Origin: Eledone cirrhosa
Taxonomy: Eukaryota
Reading direction: 5' to 3'
DNA length: 64,000 bases
NCBI GenBank assembly: GCA_964016885.1
Contig: OZ024765.1
Location: 1,798,001-1,862,000, forward strand
Each line of letters starts with the position of its first letter. Within the stretch, counting starts at the first letter, position 1. Below are positions 39,101 to 54,100 of this stretch, piece after piece. The notes below the pieces were generated by a model. That model was not told where the DNA came from, did no database searches, and saw nothing but the letters and a program-made list of their open reading frames with translations. The position numbers and the translations under genes were made by a program.

Positions 39101-42100
39101 CCATTTTAGTCATTTATAATTACGTTTTAGCCACTTTAGAGTCCTTTTAGTCATTTATGATGCCGTTTTAGTCATTTTAGGCACTGATGATGCCGTTTTA
39201 GCCATTTAAGAGTCATTTCCGTCATTTATGATGCCAGTTTAGCCATTTCAGAGTCATTTCGGTCATTTATGATGCCGTTTTAGCCATTTTAGTCATTTAT
39301 AATGACGTTTTAGACATTTTAGAGTCATTTTAGTCATTTATGGTGCCGTTTTAGCCATTTGGAGTCATTCTAGTCATTTATGATGCCGTTTTAGCCATTT
39401 TAGGCATTTATAATAACGTTTTCGCTGTTTAAGAGTCATTTTAGACATTTATAATGCTGTTTTAGCCATTTTAGTCATTTATAATGCCGTTTTAGCCATT
39501 TTAGAGTCATTTGAGTCATTTAAGATGCCCGTTTAGACCATTTTGGAGTCGTTCTAGTCATTTATGATGCCGTTTTAGCCATTTTAATTATTCCTAATGA
39601 CGTTTTAGCTATTTTAGAGTCGTTTGAGTCATTTAAGATGCCTTTTAACCATTTTCGAGTCATTCTAGTCATTTATGATGCCGATTTAGCCATTTTGGAG
39701 TCATTCTAGTCATTTATGATGCCGTTTTAGCATTTTAGTCAATTATAATGACCTCTTAGCTATTTAAGAGTAGTTTTAGTCATTTATGATGCCCTTTTAG
39801 GCATTTTGGAGTCATTCTAGTCATTTATGATGCCGTTTTAGTCATTTTAGTCATTTATAATGACGGTTTAGCTATTAAGAGTCATTTTAGCAATTTATGA
39901 TGCCGTTTTAGCAATTAAGAGTCATTTCCGTCATTTATGATGCCAGTTTAGCCATTTCAGAGTCATTTCGGTCATTTATGATGCCGTTTTAGCCATTTTA
40001 GTCATTTATAATGACGTTTTAGCCATTTTAGAGTCATTTTAGTCATTTATGGTGCCGTTTTAGCCATTTGGAGTCATTCTAGTCATTTATGATGCCGTTT
40101 TAGCCATTTTAGGCATTTATAATAACGTTTTCGCTGTTTAAGAGTCATTTTAGTCATTTATAATGATGTTTTAGCCATTTTAGTCATTCATAATGCCGTT
40201 TTAGCCATTTTAGAGTCATTTAGTCATTTATGATGCCGCTTTAGCCACTTTGGAGTCATTTTAGTCATTTATGATGCCGTTTTAGCCATTTTAGGAATTG
40301 CTAATGACGTTTTAGCTATTTTAGAGTCATTTGAGTCATTTAAGATGCCGTTTAGACCATTTTGGAGTCATTCTAGTCATTTACGATGCCGTTTTAGCCA
40401 TTTTAGTCATTTAAAATGACGTTTTAGCTATTTAAGAGTCATTTTAGTCATTTATGATGCCGTTTTAGGCCTTTTGGAGTCATTCTAGTCATCTATGATG
40501 CCGTTTTAGTCATTTTATTCATTTATAATGACGTTTTAGCTATTTAAGGGACATTGTAGCAATTTATGATGCCATTTTAGTCATTTTAGTCATTTATAAT
40601 GACGTTTAGCCATTTTAGAGTCCTTTTAGTCATTTATGATGACGTTTTAGTCATTTTAGGCATTGATGATGCCGTTTTAGCCATTTAAGAGTCATTTCCA
40701 TCATTTATGATGCCAGTTTAGCCATTTCAGAGTCATTTCGGTCATTTATGATGCGGTTTTAGCCATTTTAACCATTTAGAATGACGTTTTAGCCATTTTA
40801 GAGTCATTTTAGTCATTTATGATGCCGTCTTAGCCATTTGGAGTCATTCTAGTCATTTATGATGCCGTTTTAGCCATTTTAGTCATTTTAATAACGTTTT
40901 AGCTGTTTAACAGTCATTTTAGTCATTTAAGATGCCTTTTAACCATTTTGGAGTAATTCTAGGCATTTATGATGCCGTTTTTAGCCATTTTAATTATTCC
41001 TAATGACGTTTTAGCTATTTTAGAGTCATTTGAGTCATGTAAGATGCCGTTTAGACCATTTTGGAGTCATTCTAGTCATTTATGATGCCGTTTTAGCCAT
41101 TTTACTCATTTATAATGACCTTTTAGCTATTTAAGAGTCATTTTAGTCATTTATGATGCCGTTTTAGCCATTTTAGTCAATTATAATGACCTTTTAGCTA
41201 TTTGAGAGTCATTTGAGTCATTTAAGATGCCGTTTAGACCATTTTGGAGTCGTTCTAGTCATTTATGATGCCGTTTTAGCCATTTTAATTATTCCTAATG
41301 ACATTTTAGCTATTTTAGGTCGTTTGAGTCATTTAAGATGCCTTTTAACCATTTTGGAGTCATTCTAGTCATTTATGATGCCGATTTAGCCATTTTGGAG
41401 TCATTCTAGTCATTTATGATGCCGTTTTAGCCATTTTAGTCAATTATAATGACCTCTTAGCTATTTAAGAGTAGTTTTAGTCATTTATGATGCCCTTTTA
41501 GGCATTTTGGAGTCATTCTAGTCATTTATGATGCCGTTTTTAGTCATTTTAGTCATTTATAATGACGTTTTAGCTATTTAAGAGTCATTTCAGCAATTTA
41601 TGATGCCGTTTTAGCCATTTTAGTCTTTTATAATGACGTTTTAGCTGTTTAAGAGTCATTTGAGTCATTTAAGATGCCGTTTAGACCATTTTGGAGTCGT
41701 TTCTAGTCATTTATGATGCCGTTTTAGCCATTTTAATTATTCCTAATAACGTTCTAGCTATTTTAGAGTCGTTTGAGTCATTTAAGATGCCTTTGAACCA
41801 TTTTGGAGTCATTCTAGTCATTTATGATGCTGTTTTAGGCACTTTGGAGTCATTCTAGTCATTTATGATGCCGTTTTAGCCATTTTAGTCTTTTATAATG
41901 ACGTTTTAGCCATTTTAGAGTCATTTTAGTCATTTATGATGCCGTTTTACCCCTTCTACACACATTTTAGTCATTCATAATGCCGTTTTACCAATTTTAG
42001 TCATTTATAATTACGTTTTAGCCACTTTAGAGTCCTTTTAGTGATTTATGATGCCGTTTTAGTCATTTTAGGCATTGATGATGCCGTTTTAGCCATTTAA

Positions 42101-45100
42101 GAGTCATTTCCGTCATTTATGATGCCAGTTTAGCCATTTCAGAGTCATTTCGGTCATTTATGATGCCGTTTTAGGCATTTTAGTCATTCATAAAGACGTT
42201 TTAGCCATTTTAGAGTCATTTTAGTCATTTATGGTGCCGTTTTAGCCATTTGGAGTCATTCTAGTCATTTATGATGCCGTTTTAGCCATTTTAGGCATTT
42301 ATAATAACGTTTTCGCTGTTTAAGAGTCATTTTAGTCATTTATAATGCTGTTTTAGCCATTTTAGTCATTTATAATGACGTTTTAGCCATTTTAGAGTCA
42401 TTTTAATCATTTATGATGCCGTTTTAGCCCTTCTACACACATTTTAGTCATTCATAATGCCGTTTTACCCATTTTAGTCATTTATAATTACGTTTTAGCC
42501 ACTTTAGAGTCCTTTTAGTCATTTATGATGCCGTTTTAGTCATTTTAGGCATTGATGATGCCGTTTTAGCCATTTAAGAGTCATTTCCGTCATTTATGAT
42601 GCCAGTTTAGCCATTTCAGATCATTTCGGTTATTTATGATGCCGTTTTAGCCATTTTAGTCATTTATAATGACGTTTTTAGCCATTTTAGAGTCATTTTA
42701 GTCATTAATGCTGCCGTTTTAGCCATTTGGAGTCATTCTAGTCAATTATGATGCCGTTTTAGCCATTTTAGGCATTTATAATAACGTTTTAGCTGTTTAA
42801 GAGTCATTTTAGTCATTTATAATGCCGTTTTAGCCATTTTAGAGTCATTTTAGTCATTTATGATGCCGCTTTAGCCACTTTGGAGTCATTCTAGTAATTT
42901 ATGATGCCGTTTAGCCATTTTAGTAATTCCTAATGACGTTTTAGCTATTTTAGAGTCATTTGAGTCATTAAGATGCCGTTTAGACCATTTTGGAGTCATT
43001 CTAGTCATTTATGATGCCGTTTTAGCCATTTTAGTCATTTATAATGACGTTTTAGCCATTTTAGAGTCATTTTAGTCATTTATGATGCCGTCTTAGCCAT
43101 TTGGAGTCATTCTAGTCATTTATGATGCCGTTTTAGCCATTTTAGTCATTGATAATAACGTTTTAGCTGTTTAACAGTTATTTTAGTCATTTAAGATGCC
43201 TTTTAACCATTTTGGAGTCATTCTAATCATTTATGATGCCGCTTTAGCCATTTGGAGTCATTCTAGTCATTCATGATGCCGTTTGAGCCATTTTAATTAT
43301 TCCTAATGACGTTTTTAGCTATTTTAGAGTCATTTGAGTCATGTAAGATGCCGTTTAGACCATTTGGGAGTCATTCTAGTCATTTATGATGCCGTTTTAG
43401 CCATTTTACTCATTTATAATGACTTTTTAGCTATTTAAGAGTCATTTTAGTCATTTATGATGCCGTTTTAGCCATTTTAGTCAATTATAATGACCTTTTA
43501 GCTATTTTAGAGTCATTTGAGTCATTTAAGATGCCGTTTAGACCATTTTGGAGTCGTTCTAGTCATTTATGATGCTGTTTTAGGCATTTTGGAGTCATTC
43601 TAGTCATTTATGATGCCGTTTTAGCCATTTTAATTATTCGTAATGACGTTTTAGCTATTTTATAGCCGTTTGAGTCATTTAAGATGCCTTCTAACCATTT
43701 TGGAGTCATTCTAGTCATTTATGATGCCGTTTTAGCCATTTTAGTCAATTATAATGACCTTTTAGCTATTTAAGAGTAGTTTTAGTCATTTATGATGCCC
43801 TTTTAGGCATTTTGGAGTCATTCTAGTCATTTATGATGCCGTTTTAGTCATTTTAGTCATTTATAATCACGTTTTAGCTATTTAAGAGTCATTTTAGCAA
43901 TTTATGATGCCGTTTTAGCCATTTTAGTCTTTTATAATGACGTTTTAGCTGTTTAAGAGTCATTTTAGTCATTTATAATGCTGTTTTAGCCATTTAGTCA
44001 TTTATAATGCCGTTTTAGCCATTTTAGAGTCATTCTAGTCATTTATGATGCCGTTTTAGTCATTTTAGGCATTGATGATGCCGTTTTAGCCATTTTAGAG
44101 TCATTTTAGTCATTTATGATGCCGTTTTAGCCATTTTAGTCAATTATAATGACCTTTTAGCTATTTTAGAGTCATTTGAGTCATTTAAGATGCCGTTTAG
44201 ACCATTTTGGAGTCGTTCTAGTCATTTATGATGCTGTTTTAGGCATTTTGGAGTCATTCTAGTCATTTATGATGCCGTTTTAGCCATTTTAATTATTCGT
44301 AATGACGTTTTAGCTATTTTATAGCCGTTTGAGTCATTTAAGATGCCTTCTAACCATTTTGGAGTCATTCTAGTCATTTATGATGCCGTTTTAGCCATTT
44401 TAGTCAATTATAATGACCTTTTAGCTATTTAAGAGTAGTTTTAGTCATTTATGATGCCCTTTTAGCCACTCTGGAGTCATTCTAGTCATTTATGATGCCG
44501 TTTTAGCCATTTTAGGCATTTATAATAACGTTTTCGCTGTTTAAGAGTCATTCTAGTCATTTATGATGTCGTTTTAGCCATTTTAGTCATTTATAATGAC
44601 GTTTTAGCTATTTAAGAGTCATTTTAGTCATTTATGATGCCGTTTTAGCCATTTTAGTCAATTATAATGACCTTTTAGCTATTTAAGAGTCATTTTAGTC
44701 ATTTATGATGCCGTTTTAGGCATTTTGGAGTCATTCTAGTCATTTATGATGCCGTTTTAGTCATTTTAGTCATTTATAATGACGTTTTAGCTATTTCAGA
44801 GTCATTTTAGCTATTTATGATGCCATTTTAGCCATTTTAGTCTTTTATAATGACGTTTTAGCCATTTTAGAGTCATTTTAGTCATTTATGATGCCGTTTT
44901 AGCCATTCTAGACACATTTTAGTCATTTACAATGCCGTTTTAACCATTTTAGCCATTTATAATGACGTTTTAGCCATTTTAGAGTCATTTTAGTCATTTA
45001 TGATGCGTTTTAGCCATTTGGAGTCATTCTAGTCATTTATGATGCCGTTTTAGCCATTTTAGTCATTTTATAATAACGTTTTAGCTGTTTAACAGTCATT

Positions 45101-48100
45101 TTAGTCATTTAAGATGCCTTTTAGCCATTTTGAAGTCATTCTAGTCATTTATGATGCCGTTTTAGCCATTTTAATTATTCCTAATGACCTCTTAGCTATT
45201 TTAGAGTCATTTGAGTCATTTAAGATGCCGTTTAGAGCATTTTGGAGTCATTTTAGTCATTTATGATGCCGTTTTAGCCATTTTAGTCATTTATAATGAC
45301 GTTTTAGCTATTTAAGAGTTATTTTAGTCACTTATGATGCCGTTTTAGCCATTTTAGTCAATTATAATGACCTTTTACCTATTTAAGAGTCATTTTAGTC
45401 ATTTATGATGCCGTTTTAGGCTCTTAGGAGTCATTCTAGTCATTTATGATGCCGTTTTAGCCATTTTAATTATTCCTAATGACGTTTTAGCTATTTTAGA
45501 GTCATTTGATTCATTTAAGATGCCTTTTAACCATTTTGGAGTCATTCTAGTCATTTATGATGCCGCTTTAGCCATTTTGGAGTCATTCTAGTCATTTATG
45601 ATGCCGTTTTAGCCATTTTAGGAATTCCTAATGACGTTTTTTAGCTATTTTAGAGTCATTTGAGTCATTTAAGATGCCGTTTAGATCATTTTGGAGTCAT
45701 TCTAGTCATTTATGATGCCGTTTTAGGCATTTTGGAGTCATTCTAGTCATTTATGATGCCGTTTTAGCCATTTTAATTATTCCTAATGACGTTTTAGCTA
45801 TTTTAGAGTCGTTTGAGTCATTTAAGATGCCTTTTAACCATTTTGGAGTCATTCTAGTCATTTATGATGCCGTTTTAGCCATTTTAGTCAATTATAATGA
45901 CCTTTTAGCTATTTAAGAGTCATTTTAGTCATTTATGATGCCCTTTTAGGCATTTTGGAGTCATTCTAGTCATTTATGATGCCGTTTTAGTCATTTTAGT
46001 CATTTATAATGACGTTTTAGCTATTTAAGAGTCAATTTTAGCAATTAATGATGACGTTTTAGCCATTTTAGTCTTTTATAATGACGTTTTAGCTGTTTAA
46101 GAGTCATTTTAGTCATTTATAATGTTGTTTTAGCCATTTTAGTCATTTATAATGCCGTTTTAGCCATTTTAGAGTCATTTTAGTCATTTATGATGCTGTT
46201 TTAGCCACTTTAGAGTCATTCTAGTCATTTATGATGCCGTTTTAGCCATTTTAGGAATTCCTAATGACGTTTTTTAGCTATTTTAGAGTCGATTTGAGTC
46301 ATTTAAGAGGCCGTTTAGATCATTTTGGAGTCATTCTAGTTATTTATGATGCCGTTTTAGGCATTTTGGAGTCATTCTAGTCATTTATGATGCCGTTTTA
46401 GCCATTTTAATTATTCCTAATGACGTTTTAGCTATTTTAGAGTCGTTTGAGTCATTTAAGATGCCTTTTAACCATTTTGGAGTCATTCTACTCATTTATG
46501 ATGCCGATTTAGCCATTTTGGAGTCATTCTAGTCATTTATGATGCCGTTTTAGCCATTTTAGTCAATTATAATGACCTTTTAGCTATTTAAGAGTCATTT
46601 TAGTCATTTATGATGCCCTTTTAGGCATTTTGGAGTCATTCTAGTCATTTATGATGCCGTTTTAGTCATTTTAGTCATTTATAATGACGTTTTAGCTATT
46701 TAAGAGTCATTTTAGCAATTTATGATGTCGTTTTAGCCATTTTAGTCTTTTATAATGACGTTTTAGCCATTTTAGAGTCATTTTAGTCATTTATGATGCT
46801 GTTTTAGCCACTTTAGAGTCATTCTAGTCATTCATGATGCCGTTTTAGCCATTTTAGGAATTCCTAATGACGTTTTTTAGCTATTTTAGAGTCGTTTGAG
46901 TCATTTAAGATGCCTTTTAACCATTTTGGAGTCATTCTAGTCATTTATGATGCCGATTTAGCCATTTTGGAGTCATTCTAGTCATTTATGATGCCGTTTT
47001 AACCATTTTAATTATTCCTAATGACGTTTTAGCTATTTTAGAGTTATTTGAGTAATTTAAGATGCTGTTTAGACCATTTTGGAGTCATTCTAGTCATTTA
47101 TGATGCCCATTTAGCCATTTTACTAATTTATAATGACCTTTTAGCTATTTAAGAGTCATTTTAGTCATTTATGATGCCCTTTTAGGCATTTTGGAGTCAT
47201 TCTAGTCATTTATGATGCCGTTTTAGTCATTTTAGTCATTTATAATGACGTTTTAGCTATTTAAGAGTCATTTTAGCAATTTATGATGCCGTTTTAGCCA
47301 TTTTAGTCTTTTATAATGACGTTTTAGCTGTTTAAGAGTCATTTTAGTCATTTATAATGCTGTTTTAGCCATTTTAGTCATTTATAATGCCGTTTTATCC
47401 ATTTTACAGTCATTTGAGTCATTTATGATGCCGCTTTAGCCACTCTGGAGTCATTCTAGTCATTTATGATGCCGTTTTAGCCATTTTAGGCATTTATAAT
47501 AACGTTTTCGCTGTTTAAGAGTCATTCTAGTCATTTATGATGTCGTTTTAGCCATTTTAGTCATTTATAATGACGTTTTAGCTATTTAAGAGTCATTTTA
47601 GTCATTTATGATGCCGTTTTAGCCATTTTAGTCAATTATAATGACCTTTTAGCTATTTAAGAGTCATTTTAGTCATTTATGATGCCGTTTTAGGCATTTT
47701 GGAGTCATTCTAGTCATTTATGATGCCGTTTTAGTCATTTTAGTCATTTATAATGACGTTTTAGCTATTTCAGAGTCATTTTAGCTATTTATGATGCCAT
47801 TTTAGCCATTTTAGTCTTTTATAATGACGTTTTAGCCATTTTAGAGTCATTTTAGTCATTTATGATGCCGTTTTAGCCATTCTAGACACATTTTAGTCAT
47901 TTACAATGCCGTTTTAACCATTTTAGCCATTTATAATGACGTTTTAGCCATTTTAGAGTCATTTTAGTCATTTATGATGCCGTTTTAGCCATTTGGAGTC
48001 ATTCTAGTCATTTATGATGCCGTTTTAGCCATTTTAGTCATTTATAATAACGTTTTAGCTGTTTAACAGTCATTTTAGTCATTTAAGATGCCTTTTAGCC

Positions 48101-51100
48101 ATTTTGAAGTCATTCTAGTCATTTATGATGCCGTTTTAGCCATTTTAATTATTCCTAATGACCTCTTAGCTATTTTAGAGTCATTTGAGTCATTTAAGAT
48201 GCCGTTTAGAGCATTTTGGAGTCATTTTAGTCATTTATGATGCCGTTTTAGCCATTTTAGTCATTTATAATGACGTTTTAGCTATTTAAGAGTTATTTTA
48301 GTCACTTATGATGCCGTTTTAGCCATTTTAGTCAATTATAATGACCTTTTACCTATTTAAGAGTCATTTTAGTCATTTATGATGCCGTTTTAGGCTCTTA
48401 GGAGTCATTCTAGTCATTTATGATGCCGTTTTAGCCATTTTAATTATTCCTAATGACGTTTTAGCTATTTTAGAGTCATTTGATTCATTTAAGATGCCTT
48501 TTAACCATTTTGGAGTCATTCTAGTCATTTATGATGCCGCTTTAGCCATTTTGGAGTCATTCTAGTCATTTATGATGCCGTTTTAGCCATTTTAGGAATT
48601 CCTAATGACGTTTTTTAGCTATTTTAGAGTCATTTGAGTCATTTAAGATGCCGTTTAGATCATTTTGGAGTCATTCTAGTCATTTATGATGCCGTTTTAG
48701 GCATTTTGGAGTCATTCTAGTCATTTATGATGCCGTTTTAGCCATTTTAATTATTCCTAATGACGTTTTAGCTATTTTAGAGTCGTTTGAGTCATTTAAG
48801 ATGCCTTTTAACCATTTTGGAGTCATTCTAGTCATTTATGATGCCGTTTTAGCCATTTTAGTCAATTATAATGACCTTTTAGCTATTTAAGAGTCATTTT
48901 AGTCATTTATGATGCCCTTTTAGGCATTTTGGAGTCATTCTAGTCATTTATGATGCCGTTTTAGTCATTTTAGTCATTTATAATGACGTTTTAGCTATTT
49001 AAGAGTCATTTTAGCAATTAATGATGACGTTTTAGCCATTTTAGTCTTTTATAATGACGTTTTAGCTGTTTAAGAGTCATTTTAGTCATTTATAATGTTG
49101 TTTTAGCCATTTTAGTCATTTATAATGCCGTTTTAGCCATTTTAGAGTCATTTTAGTCATTTATGATGCTGTTTTAGCCACTTTAGAGTCATTCTAGTCA
49201 TTTATGATGCCGTTTTAGCCATTTTAGGAATTCCTAATGACGTTTTTTAGCTATTTTAGAGTCATTTGAGTCATTTAAGAGGCCGTTTAGATCATTTTGG
49301 AGTCATTCTAGTTATTTATGATGCCGTTTTAGGCATTTTGGAGTCATTCTAGTCATTTATGATGCCGTTTTAGCCATTTTAATTATTCCTAATGACGTTT
49401 TAGCTATTTTAGAGTCGTTTGAGTCATTTAAGATGCCTTTTAACCATTTTGGAGTCATTCTACTCATTTATGATGCCGATTTAGCCATTTTGGAGTCATT
49501 CTAGTCATTTATGATGCCGTTTTAGCCATTTTAGTCAATTATAATGACCTTTTAGCTATTTAAGAGTCATTTTAGTCATTTATGATGCCCTTTTAGGCAT
49601 TTTGGAGTCATTCTAGTCATTTATGATGCCGTTTTAGTCATTTTAGTCATTTATAATGACGTTTTAGCTATTTAAGAGTCATTTTAGCAATTTATGATGT
49701 CGTTTTAGCCATTTTAGTCTTTTATAATGACGTTTTAGCCATTTTAGAGTCATTTTAGTCATTTATGATGCTGTTTTAGCCACTTTAGAGTCATTCTAGT
49801 CATTCATGATGCCGTTTTAGCCATTTTAGGAATTCCTAATGACGTTTTTTAGCTATTTTAGAGTCGTTTGAGTCATTTAAGATGCCTTTTAACCATTTTG
49901 GAGTCATTCTAGTCATTTATGATGCCGATTTAGCCATTTTGGAGTCATTCTAGTCATTTATGATGCCGTTTTAACCATTTTAATTATTCCTAATGACGTT
50001 TTAGCTATTTTAGAGTTATTTGAGTAATTTAAGATGCTGTTTAGACCATTTTGGAGTCATTCTAGTCATTTATGATGCCCATTTAGCCATTTTACTAATT
50101 TATAATGACCTTTTAGCTATTTAAGAGTCATTTTAGTCATTTATGATGCCCTTTTAGGCATTTTGGAGTCATTCTAGTCATTTATGATGCCGTTTTAGTC
50201 ATTTTAGTCATTTATAATGACGTTTTAGCTATTTAAGAGTCATTTTAGCAATTTATGATGCCGTTTTAGCCATTTTAGTCTTTTATAATGACGTTTTAGC
50301 TGTTTAAGAGTCATTTTAGTCATTTATAATGCTGTTTTAGCCATTTTAGTCATTTATAATGCCGTTTTATCCATTTTACAGTCATTTGAGTCATTTATGA
50401 TGCCGCTTTAGCCACTTTGGAGTCATTCTAGTCATTTATGATGCCGTTTTAGCCATTTTAGGAATTCCTAATGACGTTTTAGCTATTTTAGAGTCATTTG
50501 AGTCATTTAAGATGCCGTTTAGACCATTTTGGAGTCATTCTAGTCATTTACGATGCCGTTTTAGCCATTTTAGTCATTTATAATGACGTTTTAGCTATTT
50601 AAGGGTCATTTTAGCCATTTATGATGCCGTTTTAGGCATTTCGGAGTCATTCTAGTCATTTATGATGCCGTTTTAGTCATTTTAGTCATTTATAATGACG
50701 TTTTAGCCATTTTAGTCATTTATAATAACGTTTTAGCTATTTAACAGTCATTTTAGTCATTTAAGATGCCTTTTAACCATTTTGGAGTCATTCTAGTCAT
50801 TTATGATGCCGCTTTAGCCATTTTGGAGTCATTCTAGTCATTTATGATGCCTTTTTAGCCATTTTAATTATTCCTAATGACGTTTTAGCTATTTTAGAGT
50901 CATTTGAGTCATTTAAGATGCCGTTTAGACCATTTTGGAGTCATTCTAGTCATTTATAATGCCGTTTTAGCCATTTTAGTCATTTATAATGACCTTTTAG
51001 CTATTTAAGAGTCATTTCAGTCATTTATGATGCTGTTTTAGCCATTTTAGTCAATTATAATGACCTTTTAGTAATTTAAGAGTCATTTTAGTCATTTATG

Positions 51101-54100
51101 ATGCCGTTTTAGGCATTTTGGAGTCTTTCTAGTCATTTATGATGCCGTTTTAGCCATTTTAATTATTCCTAATGACGTTTTAGCTATTTTAGAGTCATTT
51201 GAGTCATTTAAGATGCCTTTTAACCATTTTGGAGTCATTCTAGTCATTTATGATGCCGCTTTAGCCATTTTGGAGTCATTCTAGTCATTTATGATGCCGT
51301 TTTACCCATTTTAGGAATTCCTAATGACGTTTTTTAGCTATTTTAGAGTCATTTGAGTCATTTAAGATGCCGTTTAGACCATTTTGGAGTCATTCTAGTC
51401 ATTTATGATGCCGTTTTAGGCATTTTGGAGTCATTATAGTCATTTATAATGCCGTTTTAGCCATTTTAATTATTCCTAATGACGTTTTAGCTATTATAGA
51501 GTCATTTGAGTCATTTAAGATACCTTTTAACCATTTTGGAGTCATTCTAGTCATTTATTATGCCGATTTAGCCATTTTGGAGTCATTCTAGTCATTTATG
51601 ATGCCGTTTTAGCAATTTTATTCATTTATAATGACGTTTTAGCTATTTAAGAGTCATTTTAGTCATTTATCATGCCGTTTTAGCCATTTTAGTCATTTAT
51701 AATGACGTTTTACCTATTTAAGAGTCATTTGAGTCATTTAAGATGCTGTTTTATCCATTTTAGACTCATTTTAGTCATTTATGATGCCGTTTTAGCCATT
51801 TTGGAGTCATTCTAGTCATTTATGATGCCGTTTTAGTCATTTATAATGACGCTTTAGCTATTGAAGAGTCATTTTAGCCATTTATGATGCTGTTTTAGCC
51901 ATTTAGTCTTTTAAAATGTCGTTTTAGCCATTTTAGTGTCATTTTAGTCATTTATGATGCCGTTTTAGCCATTTTAGTCATTTATAATGACGTTTTAGCA
52001 ATTTTAGAATCCTTTTAGTCATTTATGATGCCGTTTTAGCCATTTTAGCCATTGATAATGCCGTTTTAGCCATTTAAGAGTCATTTCCGTCATTTATGAT
52101 GCCATTTTAGCCATTTCAGAGTCATTTTGTCATTTGTGATGCCGTGTTAGCTATTTTAGTCATGTATTCTGCCGTTGTAGCTATTTAAGAGTCATTTCAG
52201 TCACTCATAATGCCGATTTAGCCATTTTAGTCATTTATAATGACGTTTTAGCCATTTTAGAGTCATCATGAATGACAAAAATGACTCCAAAATGGCTAAA
52301 ACGGCATCATAAATGACTAAAATGACTCTTAAATAGCTAAAACGTCATTATAAATGACTAAAATGGATAAAACGGCATCATAAATGACTAAAATGACTCC
52401 AAAATGGTTAAAACATCATCTTAAATGACTCAAATGACTTTAAAATAGCTAAAACGTCATTAGGAATGACTAAAATGGCTAAAACGGCATCATAAATGAC
52501 TAAAATGACTCTAAAGTGGCTAAAACATCATTATAAATGACTAAAATTGCTAAAACGGCATCATAAATTACTAAAATGACTCTTAAATAGCTAAAACGTC
52601 ATTATAAGTGACTAAAATTGCTAAAACGGCATCATAAATGACTAGAATGACTCTAAAATAGCTAACACGTCACTAGGAATGACTAAAATGGCTAAATCGG
52701 TATCATAAATGACCAAAGTGACTCTAAAATTGCTACAAGGGCATCATAAATGACTAAAATGACTCTTAAATAGCTAAAACGTCATTATAAATGACTAAAA
52801 TGGCTAAAACGGCATCATAAATGACTAGAATGACTCCAAAATGGCTAAAACGGCAACTTAAATGACTCAAATGACTCTAAAATAGCTAAAACGTCATTAT
52901 AAATGACTAAAATGGCTAAGACGGCATCATAAATGACTAGAATGACTCCAAAATTGCTAAAACGGCATCATAAATGACTAAAATGACTCTTAAATAGCTA
53001 AAACGTCATTATAAGTGACTAAAATGGCTAAAACGGCATCATAAATGACTAAAATGACTCCAAAATGGTTAAAACGGCATCTTAAATGACTCAAATGACT
53101 CTAAAATAGCTCACACGTCATTAGGAATGACTAAAATGGCTAAAACGGCATCATAAATGACTAAAATGACTCCAAAATGGCTAAAACGGCAACTTAAATG
53201 ACTCAAATGACTCTAAAATAGCTAAAACGTCATTATAAATGACTAAAATGGCTAAGACGGCATCATAAATGACTAGAATGACTCCAAAATGCCTAAAACG
53301 GCATCATAAATGACTAAAATGACTCTTAAATAGCTAAAACGTCATTATAAGTGACTAAAATGGCTAAAACGGCATCATAAATGACTAGAATGACACAAAT
53401 GGCTAAAACGGCATCATAAATGACTAAAATGACTCCAAAATGGTTAAAACGGCATCTTAAATGACTCAAATGACTCTAAAATAGCTAACACGTCATTAGG
53501 AATGACTAAAATGGCTAAAACGGCATCATAAATGACTAAAATGACTCCAAAATGGCTAAAACGGCATCATACATGACTAAAATGTCTCTTAAATAGCTAA
53601 AACGTCATTATAAATGACTAAAATGGCTAAAATGGCCTCATAAATGACTAGAATGACTCCAAAATGGCTAAAACGGCATCATAAAAACTAAAATGACTCT
53701 TAAATAGCTAAAACGTCATTATAAATGACTAAAATGGCTAAAACGGCATCATAAAAAACTAAAATGACTCTGAAATAGCTAAAACGTCATTATAAATGAC
53801 TAAAATGGCTAAAACGGCATCATAAATGACTCGAATGACTCCAAAATGGCTAAAACGGCATCATAAATCACTAAAATGACTCTTAAATAGCTAAAACGTC
53901 ATTATAAATGACTAAAATGGCTAAAACGGCATCATAAATGACTAGAATGACTCCAAAATGGCTAAAACGGCATCATAAATGACTAAAATGACTCTTAAAT
54001 AGCTAAAACGTCATTATAAGTGACTAAAATGGCTAAAACGGCATCATAAATGACTAGAATGACTCCAAAATGGCTAAAAGGGCATCATAAATGACTAAAA

